This document shows positions 45,727 to 57,185 of a stretch of DNA of 64,000 nucleotides, piece by piece. A program made the translations under genes and the position numbers. The stretch is taken from positions 434-64,433 of the forward strand of contig JBBDKX010000036.1 of assembly GCA_040879145.1 (NCBI GenBank). The letters run 5' to 3'. The DNA comes from Candidatus Spechtbacterales bacterium (lineage in GTDB: Bacteria; Patescibacteriota; Minisyncoccia; Spechtbacterales; 2-12-FULL-38-22). Numbering within the stretch: the first letter of the stretch is position 1; each line of letters begins with the position of its first letter. The notes beneath the pieces are model-generated. The model was not told the origin of the DNA, ran no database searches, and saw nothing but the letters and a program-made list of their open reading frames with translations.

Positions 45727-47982
45727 TTAGGCCAAATACTCATCATCATCTTCTTCATATTCCTCATTATCCGCGTTTTCTTCAAGCATCTTTTGACCCG
45801 CCATATCCTCTTCCTCAAGATACACATCTCTGGGTTTTGAGCCTTCTGCCGGGCCGACAACGCCATTTTCTTCAAGCATATCCAAAAGACTCGCTGCGCG
45901 CGCGTATCCCACTCTTAACTTTCGCTGTAAGTATGAAGCAGACGCTTTTTGCGCCTCAATTACCAGCTGTTTTGCGTAATCGTACAGCTCATCGTCTGCT
46001 TTTGATAAGCCAGCGCCATCAAAATCTATAGAATGGTTTGGTGAATTAACTGCCCGCGGTGAAAAGTCTTTAACCTCCTCCACCCCACTCTCTTCGGTTC
46101 TGAGATTTTCTCTTTGTTTTCGCAAATGGTCTGTAACCTTTTTTATTTCTGTCTCGCTAACAAAGGCGCCCTGTACTCTCGAAGGTTTTGAACGATCAGG
46201 TGAAAGATAAAGCATGTCACCTTTTCCAAGCAATTTTTCAGCACCGCCCATGTCAAGAACTGTGCGTGAATCTACTTGAGAAGCAACCTGAAACGCCATG
46301 CGAGCTGTTATGTTGGCCTTAATAAGACCCGTAATGACCTCCACTGAAGGACGCTGAGTGGCAAGAACAAGGTGTATTCCAACGGCGCGAGCCATCTGAG
46401 CTATCCTTACGATAAGCGCCTCCACTTCCTTGCCCTTAGAAGACATAAGATCTGCAAGCTCATCTATAACTATTACTATATAAGGCAATTGGTCTCCCGC
46501 CTCTATAACCTTTTTGTTGTTATTATAAGAAAATATATCTCGGGAACCCACCTGAGAAAGCTCGTCAAACCTCCTTTCCATCTCGTTAACAGCCCACTTT
46601 AGCGCGTTAACAGCTTTACTATTGTCTACCACTATTGGAGCTAAGAGATGGGGTATATCAGCATAAACAGAAAACTCCACACGCTTTGGATCTACCATAA
46701 TAAAACGAAGTAAGCGCGGGTGGTTTTTGTAAAGCATGCTTAAAATAACAGCGTTAAGCGCTATCGTCTTACCACTGCCGGTAGAGCCGGCTATAAGCAG
46801 GTGGGGCATGCGACTAAGGTCTGCATAAACAGGTGCTCCTTTCACATCTCGACCCAGAGCCATGGTTAAATCACCCTCTGCTTCGGCAAACTTAGGATTT
46901 TCTATAAGATTTCGCAAACGAACCCATGTAGTAGCTTTATTTGGAATCTCAATACCGACAAAAGAACGACCCGGTATTGGTGCCTCTATTCTTATCGGAT
47001 GTGCCGCAAGCGCCAGGCTTAAATCATTGCCAAGAGCTGTAATACGCGCCAGTTTCACGCCCTCAGCCGGCTTTAAAGTATACTGGGTTACTGTCGGACC
47101 CACATTTACCTCGCCCATCTCAACATCTATTCCGAAATTCTGCAGAGTTCTCTTAATAATATTCGCGTTAGCCACAATATCACCGCTTGTAGGTTTTCCA
47201 GTTTCGGGCTCAAGTAGTTCTGAGGAGGGGAACTCATAATTTGCGAACTCACCCTGTGTAAGCTGTGTAAAAGACTCTTCTTTTTGTTTCCCCCTTTTTT
47301 TGTTTTGTTTTTTATTTTCAACCACGGAAGATTTAGGTTCTTCTTTTTGGTCTGCACCCCGCTCATCTTCTTCGTCTATTTCACTTTTAGATTTTTTCTT
47401 GAACTTCTTACCGGGAACTGCGCCTCCAATATCTAAGGCACCTTTTCTGATTCTTCTTTGCTCGGCAATTCCCTCCAGAAACTTACTCACATTAATATGA
47501 AATCCAAGAATTACAGAAATGGCTATAATTGAAAGCAAGAGTATAACAGCGGCTACTCCTCCCATAAAATGAAGAGGTACATACGAGAACAAATATCCCC
47601 AATAACCGCCCCGAAGTATGTGAACATCGCTTGAATATCCGCTTATTGCAAATATGCCTAAAACGCTGGAGAAAAACAAAAAAGCCGCCAACACGGTTGA
47701 TTTGTTTGACTCCCTACTCCAGGAAAATACAAAACCAAGCGCTACAGCGACAAGCACAAATGGCGCAACATACATACCCCACCCAAATATATTATTCAAA
47801 AATTCAGAAAATACCTCGCCGAACTGTCCGGCTTTATCAAACAAGCTTAAAAAACTCAAAAGAGCTATAGCTATAAGTGTCGTACTCCATATTCCTTTCT
47901 TTACACCCGGATCCAGCTCATGCTTCAATTTCTTCTTCTTTTTGGAAGACACTTTTTTAAGAGGTTTCTTCTTCTTTGCCAT
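45727..47982 (-). CDS. ftsK: DNA translocase FtsK/SpoIIIE
   Basis: 4 N-terminal TM helices; motor domain with the GSTGSGKT Walker A; the track start is a GTG at 48036, the Met at 47982 is more likely. Confidence 0.88.
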   Translation of the reverse strand: MAKKKKPLKKVSSKKKKKLKHELDPGVKKGIWSTTLIAIALLSFLSLFDKAGQFGEVFSEFLNNIFGWGMYVAPFVLVAVALGFVFSWSRESNKSTVLAAFLFFSSVLGIFAISGYSSDVHILRGGYWGYLFSYVPLHFMGGVAAVILLLSIIAISVILGFHINVSKFLEGIAEQRRIRKGALDIGGAVPGKKFKKKSKSEIDEEDERGADQKEEPKSSVVENKKQNKKRGKQKEESFTQLTQGEFANYEFPSSELLEPETGKPTSGDIVANANIIKRTLQNFGIDVEMGEVNVGPTVTQYTLKPAEGVKLARITALGNDLSLALAAHPIRIEAPIPGRSFVGIEIPNKATTWVRLRNLIENPKFAEAEGDLTMALGRDVKGAPVYADLSRMPHLLIAGSTGSGKTIALNAVILSMLYKNHPRLLRFIMVDPKRVEFSVYADIPHLLAPIVVDNSKAVNALKWAVNEMERRFDELSQVGSRDIFSYNNNKKVIEAGDQLPYIVIVIDELADLMSSKGKEVEALIVRIAQMARAVGIHLVLATQRPSVEVITGLIKANITARMAFQVASQVDSRTVLDMGGAEKLLGKGDMLYLSPDRSKPSRVQGAFVSETEIKKVTDHLRKQRENLRTEESGVEEVKDFSPRAVNSPNHSIDFDGAGLSKADDELYDYAKQLVIEAQKASASYLQRKLRVGYARAASLLDMLEENGVVGPAEGSKPRDVYLEEEDMAGQKMLEENADNEEYEEDDDEYLA

Positions 47983-47989
47983 TTTGTTC

Positions 47990-48110
47990 GGCTTCGCATC
48001 ACAAAACAAGATTACACTGATAATAACTGATACCACTGATGATTTTTACATGCATCAGCGTAATCAGCCATTATCTGTGATATCTAAGCGAGCGAAGCGA
48101 GCTTAGCGAG
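47990..48110 (-). repeat. degenerate R1-like repeat upstream of ftsK (3 x CTGAT direct + 3 x ATCAG inverted at ~10-bp phase, then the gagcgaagcgagc head)
   Basis: cactgataataactgataccactgatgatttttacatgcatcagcgtaatcagccattatctgtgat ... aagcgagcgaagcgagcttagcgagc. Confidence 0.5.
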
Positions 48111-51100
48111 CTATTTCTTTTTATTATAACCTGTTCCCGCTGGTATTATTTTACCAATAATTACGTTCTCCTTCAAACCTTTGAGTTCATCTTTACGCCC
48201 CTCTATAGCAGCTTGAATAAGCACTCTGGCTGTTTCTTGGAAAGAGGCCGCGGACAAAAAGCTATCAGTGGTAAGCGCTACTTTTGTAATACCTAAAAGC
48301 AATCTTGTTCCTTTTGCCTTTTCTTTTTTAGCATTTTCAAGCGTTTCATTAGCAATCTGGAACTGTGATTGCACAACTATCTCTCCGGGGCTAAACCTTG
48401 AATCTCCGGGTTCGCTAATCCTAACGCGAGAGAACATCTGGCGTGCTATAATTTCTATGTGCTTGTCATGGATTGTAGCACCGTGTGAGGTGTATATTTT
48501 TTGCACCTCATCAACAACATACTTTTGAACACCCTCCTTGCCCTTCTGCTTATACAGTTCTTTTAAGTCTATATTTCCTTCTGTCAGCTGTGCTCCCGGG
48601 GTAACAAGATCACCCTTTTCAACCCATAAAGCAACGTTCAAAGGTACCGCATACTCAACCACATCCTTAGCTTTAGATTTTTTACCTGATGATTTCTTGC
48701 TTTCTACTGTAACAGGCCCGTTGGAGGTTTTTATTTTTATAACGCGCGCCTTTTCTGTATCTTCAATAGCTTCAACCTTGCCATCCACCTCTGATATAGC
48801 GGCTTTACCCTTAGGGGTTCTAACCTCAAATATCTCTTCAATACGAGGCAGTCCCTGAGTAATGTCTGCGGTTCCTGCCACACCACCGGTGTGGAACGTA
48901 CGCATGGTAAGCTGAGTTCCGGGCTCTCCAATTGCCTGCGCGGCAATTACTCCAACCGCCTCGCCTGAGACAACTATTTCTCCTCTACCAAGATCTAAAC
49001 CGTAACACCTCGCGCATATACTCCCATCCTTGCAGGTTATAGGGCTAAATGCCTTAACCTCTCTAATACTGTCGTCGGCATCAATTTGCTTAGCTTTAGT
49101 ATAGTCTATAAAATCTCCCTTCTTAACGATTACAGTTTTATCTTTACCCTTAACAGATGCGGCTGCGACACGGCTATATATCTTTTCAGAAAATGCCTGC
49201 CCTGTATCTTTAATGTTTTCTCTTAGGAAAACAGCGCCCTTTACATCATCGCACTTTTTATTACGTACTATAAGGTCTTGTGTTACATCAACAAGCCGTC
49301 TTGTCAAATATCCCGCGGATGCTGTACGCAAAGCTGTATCCGCGGTACCTTTTCGCGCGCCATGTGTTGAAATAAAGTATTCAAGAGCGGTAAATCCTTC
49401 TTTGTAGCTACTCTCCACGGGCATCTCCATAATTTGTCCTGCTGGGTTCACAACAGAACCCTTCATGCCCATCATCTGCACCGGCTGAGACCACGAGCCC
49501 CTCGCACCGGAGGAAACAATAAGCGCGACTGAGCCATGCGGATCAAGATACTTTGGAACCATCTTTTCTACTTTACGCTTTGATTCGGCCCATACCTCAA
49601 TTATCTTGCTACGCCTCTCTTGTGTGCTCAAAAGCCCGTCTTCAAACTGTCCCTGTATCTCAGCTATTCTCTTGTGTGCTTCTTTTAATATCCCCGGCTT
49701 TTCATCCGGAACTTTAAGGTCGTCCATGCTCCATGTCGTGCCTGAAATTGTTGAGTAATGAAAACCAAGATTTTTAATCCTATCCAAAACTCCTACAGTC
49801 TCTTCAGCTCCAAACTCACGCAATATTTCCGCGGTAATATTCTTAAGCGCCTTAGAGTTAAGCTCTTCGTTAATAAACGGGTATTCTTCAGGAAGCGCGT
49901 CATTAAAAATCACTCTTCCCGCACAAGTCTCTATAAATCTTTCGTCTTCAGGAATATTCTTAAATTTGGGATTATCCCTATCAACCTTAAGTTTTATTGA
50001 TGCTTTTATATTCATAACTCCGGAGTCAAACGCGAGAATAACATCATCCATTGAGTAAAATGCCTCTCCTTCGCCCTTAGCTCCTTCTTTTATCTTACTC
50101 ATCCAGTAACACCCTAAAACCATATCCTTTGTGGGATTAACAATTGGTTCACCTGTAGCGGGCTTACTCAAGTTAACCGAAGAAAGCATAAGAGTTCTTG
50201 CCTCCTCCTGGGCTTCTTCAGAAAGCGGTAAATGCACAGCCATCTGGTCACCGTCAAAGTCCGCATTAAATGCGGTACAAACAAGCGGGTGTAACTGAAT
50301 CGCGTTACCCTCTATAAGTACAGGTTGAAATGCCTGTACACCTAAGCGGTGCAGAGTAGGAGCTCTGTTCAAAAGCACATACTTGCCTTCAATTACTCCT
50401 TCCAATATGGCCCACACCTCGGGAGGCGCGTCGTCTATCATATGATTAGCCGCGCGCACGTTATATGCGAGTTCTTTTTCTAAAATTTGATTTATAACAA
50501 AAGGTCTAAAGAGTTCAAGCGCCATCTTTTTAGGCAGACCGCACTGGCTTAAATCAAGCTCAGGGCCGACAACAATAACGGAGCGTCCCGAATAGTCCAC
50601 ACGCTTACCAAGCAAGTTTTGGCGAAATCTTCCCTGCTTTCCTTTTAGCATGTCCGCGAGTGATTTAAGCGCTCTTCTTCCGCCGGATGTTGCGGTAACA
50701 ACAGTCTTTCCCGGTCGCGCGGAATTATCCAGCAACGCATCCACCGCTTCTTGGAGCATTCTGCGTTCATTTCTAACAATAACTTCAGGCGCGTTAAGTT
50801 CAATCAGACGCTTAAGGCGATTATTTCTGTTAATCACTCTTCTATAGAGGTCGTTAAGGTCGCTTGACGCGTACCTGCCTCCATCCAATTGCACCATAGG
50901 CCTAAGCTCAGGAGGCAATATAGGAAGGTATGTCAGAAACATCCAGTCAGGATCTATGTCGGCATCTTTCATTCTTTGCGCTAAAATCAATCTGCGGTAT
51001 ACCTTCTTTTTCGCAACGGAATTTGTCCCCTTATCCTGTATCTCCTTTTTAAGTTCTTTAATGAGTTTATCAAGGTCAAGATCCTGCAATATCTTCTTTA

Positions 51101-51746
51101 CCGGTTCAGAACCTGTACTGGCCTCAAATATCTCACCATACTTTAGACTCATGTCGTGATAATCGTATTCATTCAAAATAGCAAGAAGTTTAAGATTCTT
51201 AAGTCTTGACAACTCTCTGTCGCGCAACTCTTTAAGTTTGGCTTTTTCTTTATCCTCTAAACCGCGTACCTTTTTCTTGTACTCGGCATGAACACGCTTG
51301 ATAGCATCTTCCTTTTTTTCACCATCCAAACTAATAACTATATAGTTCGCGTAATATATAACCTTCTCCAATTGTTGTATAGGAGCTCCAAGTATCATAC
51401 CCATCCTGCTGGGCACTCCTCTCAAAAACCAGATGTGGGCTATGGGGGTAGCAAGCTTAATGTGGCCCATTCGCTCACGCCTCACACTGCTACGTGTTAC
51501 CTCAACACCACACTTATCACAAATAACACCCTTATATCTTACCCTTCTGTATTTTCCACAATAGCACTCATAGTCCTTTTCGGGACCAAATATTCTCTCG
51601 CAAAAAAGACCGTCCTTTTCAGGCTTTTGGGTTCTGTAATTAATGGTTTCGGGCTTTGTAACCTCGCCATGCGACCACGAAAGAATGTCCTCGGGAGAGG
51701 CGATTTTTAATTGTATTGATTTTAGGTCTGATACTTTAAGGCTCAT
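48111..51746 (-). CDS. rpoC: DNA-directed RNA polymerase subunit beta'
   Basis: 1211 aa; NADFDGDQM catalytic motif and zinc-binding cysteines. Confidence 0.97.
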   Translation of the reverse strand: MSLKVSDLKSIQLKIASPEDILSWSHGEVTKPETINYRTQKPEKDGLFCERIFGPEKDYECYCGKYRRVRYKGVICDKCGVEVTRSSVRRERMGHIKLATPIAHIWFLRGVPSRMGMILGAPIQQLEKVIYYANYIVISLDGEKKEDAIKRVHAEYKKKVRGLEDKEKAKLKELRDRELSRLKNLKLLAILNEYDYHDMSLKYGEIFEASTGSEPVKKILQDLDLDKLIKELKKEIQDKGTNSVAKKKVYRRLILAQRMKDADIDPDWMFLTYLPILPPELRPMVQLDGGRYASSDLNDLYRRVINRNNRLKRLIELNAPEVIVRNERRMLQEAVDALLDNSARPGKTVVTATSGGRRALKSLADMLKGKQGRFRQNLLGKRVDYSGRSVIVVGPELDLSQCGLPKKMALELFRPFVINQILEKELAYNVRAANHMIDDAPPEVWAILEGVIEGKYVLLNRAPTLHRLGVQAFQPVLIEGNAIQLHPLVCTAFNADFDGDQMAVHLPLSEEAQEEARTLMLSSVNLSKPATGEPIVNPTKDMVLGCYWMSKIKEGAKGEGEAFYSMDDVILAFDSGVMNIKASIKLKVDRDNPKFKNIPEDERFIETCAGRVIFNDALPEEYPFINEELNSKALKNITAEILREFGAEETVGVLDRIKNLGFHYSTISGTTWSMDDLKVPDEKPGILKEAHKRIAEIQGQFEDGLLSTQERRSKIIEVWAESKRKVEKMVPKYLDPHGSVALIVSSGARGSWSQPVQMMGMKGSVVNPAGQIMEMPVESSYKEGFTALEYFISTHGARKGTADTALRTASAGYLTRRLVDVTQDLIVRNKKCDDVKGAVFLRENIKDTGQAFSEKIYSRVAAASVKGKDKTVIVKKGDFIDYTKAKQIDADDSIREVKAFSPITCKDGSICARCYGLDLGRGEIVVSGEAVGVIAAQAIGEPGTQLTMRTFHTGGVAGTADITQGLPRIEEIFEVRTPKGKAAISEVDGKVEAIEDTEKARVIKIKTSNGPVTVESKKSSGKKSKAKDVVEYAVPLNVALWVEKGDLVTPGAQLTEGNIDLKELYKQKGKEGVQKYVVDEVQKIYTSHGATIHDKHIEIIARQMFSRVRISEPGDSRFSPGEIVVQSQFQIANETLENAKKEKAKGTRLLLGITKVALTTDSFLSAASFQETARVLIQAAIEGRKDELKGLKENVIIGKIIPAGTGYNKKK

Positions 51747-51779
51747 ATTTTTGTTCCTACCTGCGCCGCATTATGCAAC

Positions 51780-51903
51780 GCGGCAGGCAGGCACTTCGTT
51801 CACATTAACCGCTGATATATGCTGATTTTGCGGATTTTATGCTGATAACATCCGCATCTATCTGCTTTTATCCGCATTAATCCGCGGTTTAAGCGAAGCG
51901 AGC
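51780..51903 (-). repeat. R1 repeat copy C, occupying the rpoB-rpoC intergenic spacer
   Basis: Reverse complement taagctcgcttcgcttaaaccgcggattaatgcggataaaagcagatagatgcggatgttatcagcataaaatccgcaaaatcagcatatatcagcggttaatgtgaacgaag. Confidence 0.65.
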
Positions 51904-54900
51904 TTAATTTTCTTCTTCAATTTCAACATTAAGACCCAGGGCCTTGAGTTCATTTACCAGCACGTTAAAGGATTCCGGTATGTTGGGTTTTTTAATAGAC
52001 TCTCCCTTTATAATACTTTCATACGCGGCGGACCGTCCCATAACATCGTCACTCTTAATGGTTAATATTTCCTGTAAATTATGTGCTGCGCCGTAACCTT
52101 CAAGCGCCCACACTTCCATCTCTCCAAATCTTTGTCCTCCAAACTGACTCTTTCCTCCAAGAGGCTGTTGGGTAATAAGTGAATAAGGTCCGATGGAACG
52201 CATATGTATCTTATCTTCTATCATGTGCACTAACTTAAGAACGTACATATACCCTACAGTAACATCCTGCTCAAAAGGCTCTCCTGTGCGCCCATCGCGC
52301 AACTGAATTTTTCCATTCTCAGGAAGTCCCGCTTTTTTCAGCTCTCCCTTAATATCCTCTTCGGTAGCACCTGAAAAAGTTGGTGTTACAGCCCTATATC
52401 CCAGCTCATGAGCGGCCCATCCAAGGTGAGTTTCAAGTATCTGTCCAATATTCATACGCGAAGGCACACCAAGCGGGTTAAGCACTATATCTACCGGAGT
52501 ACCGTCGGGCATAAAAGGCATATCTTCTTCCATTAAAACCCTGGAGATAACTCCTTTATTACCATGACGTCCTGCAATTTTGTCTCCCGCTTCTATCTTC
52601 CTTAGTTGAGCTACCTCTACCTGTATAGACTTAATAACTCCGGTGGGGAGCTTGTCCCCATTGTCACGGGAAAATACAGTAACTCCAACCACTCTTCCGC
52701 GCTTACCATGCGGAGTCCTCAAGGATGTATCTTTTACATCGCGGGCCTTTTCGCCAAATATCGCTCTAAGTAGTCTCTCTTCACTGGTAAGGTCTGCCTC
52801 ACCCTTAGGTGATATTTTTCCAACAAGTATGTCTCCGGGGTTTACCTCAGCCCCTATTCTTACAATCCCCTCCTCATCCAGGTCTTTAAGTTTATCTTCA
52901 CCCACATTCGGAATATCCGGTGTTGTTATTTCGGGTCCAAGCTTTGTTTCACGAACATCAATAGTAAAATCTTCTATATGTATTGAAGAAAGGGTGTCAT
53001 TCTTAACCAGGCGCTCACTTATAAGAATGGCATCTTCAAAATTACCACCTCTCCATGGCATAAAGGCAACTAATATGTTTTTACCCAATGAAAGCACGCC
53101 ATCACTTACAGATGAGGTGTCAGCCAAAAGATCTCCCTTCTTTATTTTATCTCCGGGCTTTACCTTCGGAGATTGATGTATTACTGTATATTGGTTTGAG
53201 TGTATAAAATTCTTAAGCTCATATTCTGTGGTTCCCTTTTTACTTTTTGTGGAGCTGTTTCCGTAGCGTACTACAATTTTATTGCCATCCGACTCTTCAA
53301 CAACGCCATTATCTTCAGCATATACTCCCAAACCGGAATCTTTAGCAATTTTCTCTTCAAGTCCTGTTCCCACAAGCGGAGCTTCGGGTCGTACACAGGG
53401 AACAGCCTGTCTTTGCATGTTCGCGCCCATCAATGCGCGATTTGCGTCGTCATGTTCCAGGAAGGGAATTATAGCTGTTGCAACAGATATGGACTGTCTT
53501 GGAGATACGTCCATATACTGCACATCTTTTTTATCAACAAAAGTCGGTACTCCTTTAATTCGCGCCTGCACAAGCTTATCTTTAAGGTTGTTGTTTGAAT
53601 CAACATTTGTAGCAGAAGAAGCTATGACATTTCTCTCTTCCTTTAACGCGTTCAAGAATTCTATATCCTTTGTCAACTTTCCATTTTTTACTACAAAATA
53701 CGGAGTCTCAAGAAAACCTAACTCATTAATTCTCGCGTAAGACGCCATTCGGGTTACGATTCCAACATTCGGACCTTCGGGAGTCTGTATGGGGCAAATT
53801 CTTCCGTAGTGAGACGGCTGCACGTCACGCACCTCAAAACCAGCGCGTTCACGCGTTAAACCTCCTGGTCCTGTAGCAGAGAGAATTCTTTTGTGCTCAA
53901 GTTCGCTCAATGGGTTTGTATTATCCATGAACTGCGAAAGTTGTCCTGTGGTGAAAAACTCCTTAACAACAGATGCAACAGGCCTCGCATTAACAAGCTG
54001 TACAGGAGTTACAGTATCAACATCCAGGGTAGACATCCTGTCCTTTGCAATCCTTTCCATTCGGGTAAGTCCTACACGCAATCTGTTTTGCAGTAGCTCC
54101 CCTATAGAGCGCACCCTTCTGTTTCCCAGGTGGTCTATGTCGTCAGCCTTGGCATCGGGATCTTCGTTCATGTGAATAACCTCCGCGATAACAGCTATAA
54201 GATCTTCTTTTTTAAGCACTCTGTCCTCAGGCTCAAACTCTGTTTTTTTAGGATCTTCTGTTTTAAATCCAAGCTCTTCAAATATTCCCCCTAAACGCTG
54301 ATTACTTTTCCATCGTCCGACATTTGACAAATCGTACCTGTCAAAGTTAAAGAACATGTTATCCAAAAGATTCTTTGCGTTATCCGCGGTTGCAAAATCT
54401 CCCGGACGTACGCGCTTATATATTTCAATATATGCCTCTTCAGCGCTCTTTGTTGTGTCTTGCTTTAATGTTTCTAAAATATAATCTATCTCTGAATTAG
54501 CTATGATTTTTTTAAACGCCTTTTGTATATCGGCGTCACTCATACCAAAAGTACGCAAAATAGTCGTTGCGGCAATTTTTCTTTTTCTGTCTATTTTTAG
54601 ATAAATAGCGCCTGAATAATGTGTTTCAAATTCAAGCCACGCGCCTCGGTTTGGTATTATTTTTGCCCCAAAACGCTGCTGTCCGCGTGACACCTCAGAT
54701 GTAAAAACAGCACCAGGAGAGCGTATCAACTGAGAAATCATTACTCTCTCAACACCATTTACAACAAAGGTACCCCTTGATGTCATAAGAGGAAAATCAC
54801 CAAGATATACTTCCTGTTCTTTTATCTCTCCGGTCTTTTTATTTTTAAGTTTTACAAGCGCGCGCAAAGCCGCCTCATATGAAGCATTCTGTTTGCGAGC

Positions 54901-55116
54901 GGTAGCCTCTGTATACTTGGGCTCTTCAAGGCGATACTCATCAAACCAAAGCTCAAGATCTTTACCGCCATAGTCTCTTATTGGGGATATTTCGCTAAAA
55001 AGCGCCTTCAATCCCTTATCCCAGAACCACTGATAAGACTCCCTCTGAACATCCAGAAGATTAGGGAGTTCTGCTTCTTTATATGTATGATGAGAAAAAA
55101 CTTTTATAGGAAGCAT
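51904..55116 (-). CDS. rpoB: DNA-directed RNA polymerase subunit beta
   Basis: 1070 aa; the rifampicin cluster and C-terminal catalytic region are conserved. Confidence 0.97.
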   Translation of the reverse strand: MLPIKVFSHHTYKEAELPNLLDVQRESYQWFWDKGLKALFSEISPIRDYGGKDLELWFDEYRLEEPKYTEATARKQNASYEAALRALVKLKNKKTGEIKEQEVYLGDFPLMTSRGTFVVNGVERVMISQLIRSPGAVFTSEVSRGQQRFGAKIIPNRGAWLEFETHYSGAIYLKIDRKRKIAATTILRTFGMSDADIQKAFKKIIANSEIDYILETLKQDTTKSAEEAYIEIYKRVRPGDFATADNAKNLLDNMFFNFDRYDLSNVGRWKSNQRLGGIFEELGFKTEDPKKTEFEPEDRVLKKEDLIAVIAEVIHMNEDPDAKADDIDHLGNRRVRSIGELLQNRLRVGLTRMERIAKDRMSTLDVDTVTPVQLVNARPVASVVKEFFTTGQLSQFMDNTNPLSELEHKRILSATGPGGLTRERAGFEVRDVQPSHYGRICPIQTPEGPNVGIVTRMASYARINELGFLETPYFVVKNGKLTKDIEFLNALKEERNVIASSATNVDSNNNLKDKLVQARIKGVPTFVDKKDVQYMDVSPRQSISVATAIIPFLEHDDANRALMGANMQRQAVPCVRPEAPLVGTGLEEKIAKDSGLGVYAEDNGVVEESDGNKIVVRYGNSSTKSKKGTTEYELKNFIHSNQYTVIHQSPKVKPGDKIKKGDLLADTSSVSDGVLSLGKNILVAFMPWRGGNFEDAILISERLVKNDTLSSIHIEDFTIDVRETKLGPEITTPDIPNVGEDKLKDLDEEGIVRIGAEVNPGDILVGKISPKGEADLTSEERLLRAIFGEKARDVKDTSLRTPHGKRGRVVGVTVFSRDNGDKLPTGVIKSIQVEVAQLRKIEAGDKIAGRHGNKGVISRVLMEEDMPFMPDGTPVDIVLNPLGVPSRMNIGQILETHLGWAAHELGYRAVTPTFSGATEEDIKGELKKAGLPENGKIQLRDGRTGEPFEQDVTVGYMYVLKLVHMIEDKIHMRSIGPYSLITQQPLGGKSQFGGQRFGEMEVWALEGYGAAHNLQEILTIKSDDVMGRSAAYESIIKGESIKKPNIPESFNVLVNELKALGLNVEIEEEN

Positions 55117-55127
55117 AAAATTTTATT

Positions 55128-55262
55128 CCTGCCTGCGCCGGCTACGCTAGCGCGGCAGGCAGGTTGCTTAGCCTTACAAGTAGGTTTTAGGTACTAGGGG
55201 TTAGGTATTAGTCTAATACCTAAAAGCTAAAACCTGATACCTGCTCGCGAAGCGAGCTTAAT
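55128..55262 (-). repeat. R2-like repeat upstream of rpoB (a variant lacking the inner GC hairpin but with an adjacent cctgcctgcgcc...gcggcaggcagg hairpin)
   Basis: Reverse complement gctcgcttcgcgagcaggtatcaggttttagcttttaggtattagactaatacctaacccctagtacctaaaacctac. Confidence 0.6.
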
Positions 55263-55512
55263 TTAAACAGACAAAAAAACACCTGCTCCGCAGATACGGA
55301 GTTTCTTTGAGACTGCTATTCAGTTTTATTTTTTACTTTTCAACCCCAAAATATTGATAGAACCCCCACCTCTAAGGGTTTATGATATACTCTTATACAT
55401 AATACCTGTGTTTAAAAAAAAGTCAACCCCAATCATATTTTGTAAAGCAAAATATGGAATTTTTAATGTTTTAATTTTCAAATCAAAAGATAAGGCAAAA
55501 ATGGAACAAAAG

Positions 55513-55695
55513 CTATTTTTTCCAATCCTTTATAATAATCTTGCCGTCTTTTTCTTCAACTACAACTTTTTGCCGCTCGCGCCAGCCGAGCTTTTTTACT
55601 ATCTCTTTTGGTAAAGTTAAACCAAACGAAGCGCCCTCGCGCCCTGTCCGCATTATTTTCCTTATATTTTTTTCTTCTAATTTCCGCCTGCCCAT
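55513..55695 (-). CDS. AbrB/MazE/SpoVT-family small DNA-binding protein (solo)
   Basis: IRKIMRTGREGASFGLTLPKEIVKKLGW...DGKIIIK swapped-hairpin pattern. Confidence 0.55.
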   Translation of the reverse strand: MGRRKLEEKNIRKIMRTGREGASFGLTLPKEIVKKLGWRERQKVVVEEKDGKIIIKDWKK

Positions 55696-55912
55696 ATTTT
55701 TTATTATATAATTTGTTATATAATAGTCAAACTTATCTGTTGCATAGTTTTTCTATTTCTATAAAAACTTTTTGAAAATCTTTGTTTATAAAAAATGTAT
55801 CAATAAATCTTTTTCTATTTTCTTCGGAAATATTAAGGATCTTATCTATCTTCCACGCCTCAAAACCCTGTGATTTGCCCTTTTCAACCTTAAGGTCATT
55901 TATATCTCCTTC

Positions 55913-56296
55913 CTATTGAAAAACATAAATCGCGCGCAGTACATTGTTAGTCATCCCTGTTATCTCATCATAAAAACGGCCTCTCATGGTCAAAATATAT
56001 TGAAGTTCGTCAATATTCGCCTCTATGCTTGCTTCTTCTTCAAGCTCCTTGACGGCTGCAGTTTCAAAGCTATCACCTATCTCAACATGCCCGCCAACCG
56101 AAGCGTCAAGCAAATCGGGATATGTATCCTTATCTTTAGCCCTGTGTTGGAATATTATTTTACAATCCGGAGTATACAACCATACGTGCACCTCTCTGTG
56201 CAATAAACCCTTTTCGTGTATATCCTCTCTTGTTGCCTCACCAATTATTTCTCCTTTTTTATTTACAATATTTAATTTTTCGCCATCTTTAGTCAT
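55913..56296 (-). CDS. Nudix hydrolase
   Basis: Nudix box GGHVEIGDSFETAAVKELEEEASI. Confidence 0.8.
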   Translation of the reverse strand: MTKDGEKLNIVNKKGEIIGEATREDIHEKGLLHREVHVWLYTPDCKIIFQHRAKDKDTYPDLLDASVGGHVEIGDSFETAAVKELEEEASIEANIDELQYILTMRGRFYDEITGMTNNVLRAIYVFQ

Positions 56297-56332
56297 AATC
56301 TTATAATAACAAAAACCCCGCCTTGTGCGGGA

Positions 56333-56725
56333 TTATCTCTTGTCAATTTTATTGGAATGGCTTTTCAGCCATTTTACAATGTCAGAAATTTCTAATTTAT
56401 CCTCAACTGTCTTTAATGCAAACTCAACCACCTCTTCATCAGTGGCTTTAAATATATATCCATTATTTTCCAAAAACACAGAGGCGACAGTTATTGCGGT
56501 TCGTTTATTACTGTCCACAAAAGGATGCTGTGTTATTATCTCCCGCAGATATACAGCGGCTTTTTCGTAAATACTGTTGTAAAGAATTTTTCCAAAAACT
56601 TTTTGTTTTGGCGCGCTTTCCAAACTCAAAACGGCGTGACTATCACGCACACCATGAGAGCCTCCAGTTTCATCAACTACCATGGAATGTATTAAAAGTA
56701 TTTGCTCTGAAGTTAAATAGCGCAC
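56333..56725 (-). CDS. Doc/Fic-family toxin
   Basis: HPFVDSNKRTA (Doc variant of the Fic motif). Confidence 0.8.
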   Translation of the reverse strand: MRYLTSEQILLIHSMVVDETGGSHGVRDSHAVLSLESAPKQKVFGKILYNSIYEKAAVYLREIITQHPFVDSNKRTAITVASVFLENNGYIFKATDEEVVEFALKTVEDKLEISDIVKWLKSHSNKIDKR

Positions 56726-56727
56726 AA

Positions 56728-56967
56728 TTATTTATCCGCTAATTCATTTAAAGCTCCTCGATAACGGTCAATGAAGTTCATAGTAAGCTTGGCTATCTTC
56801 TCATCTTCTTTAGATATCTCTGTGGCGGAATGTATTGTTATAACCTTATTCTTCCTATTGAAATTTACCTCAACATTATCACCCGGCTTTAAGCCCAGTT
56901 CTTTTAACGCTTTCTTTGAAAGGGTAACTCCTGCGGAGGTTCCTATTTTTATAACTTTTTGAGACAT
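56728..56967 (-). CDS. AbrB/MazE-type antitoxin (Phd-like partner of Doc)
   Basis: VIKIGTSAGVTLSKKALKELGLKPGDNVEV; 3 bp upstream of doc. Confidence 0.7.
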   Translation of the reverse strand: MSQKVIKIGTSAGVTLSKKALKELGLKPGDNVEVNFNRKNKVITIHSATEISKEDEKIAKLTMNFIDRYRGALNELADK

Positions 56968-57018
56968 ATTTTCAAAAATTAATATTATATAAGCTACACT
57001 ATATAATCTGCGCCGTTC

Positions 57019-57081
57019 GAAAAAAGAAATAAATTTTAAGAAAAAAGCAAGCTTTTTTCTTAAAATTTATTTCTTTTTTGC
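57019..57081. promoter_or_regulatory. 63-bp near-perfect palindrome (29-bp arms) upstream of the phd/doc-like operon
   Basis: gaaaaaagaaataaattttaagaaaaaagc aag gcttttttcttaaaatttatttcttttttgc. Confidence 0.55.
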
Positions 57082-57185
57082 TCGCTATCCTCGATTATAA
57101 TAACATTATAATATATGCAGGAATGCTGTCAATAGCTTACGCTTACCACAAGTACTCTTCTTGGGCACCAAACGCCTCGCCCGCC

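Noticed and set aside
55354-55614. A partner toxin for the solo AbrB-like gene (55513-55695)
   Set aside because: The only adjacent ORF is antisense, low-complexity and overlapping. No toxin-like protein lies downstream.
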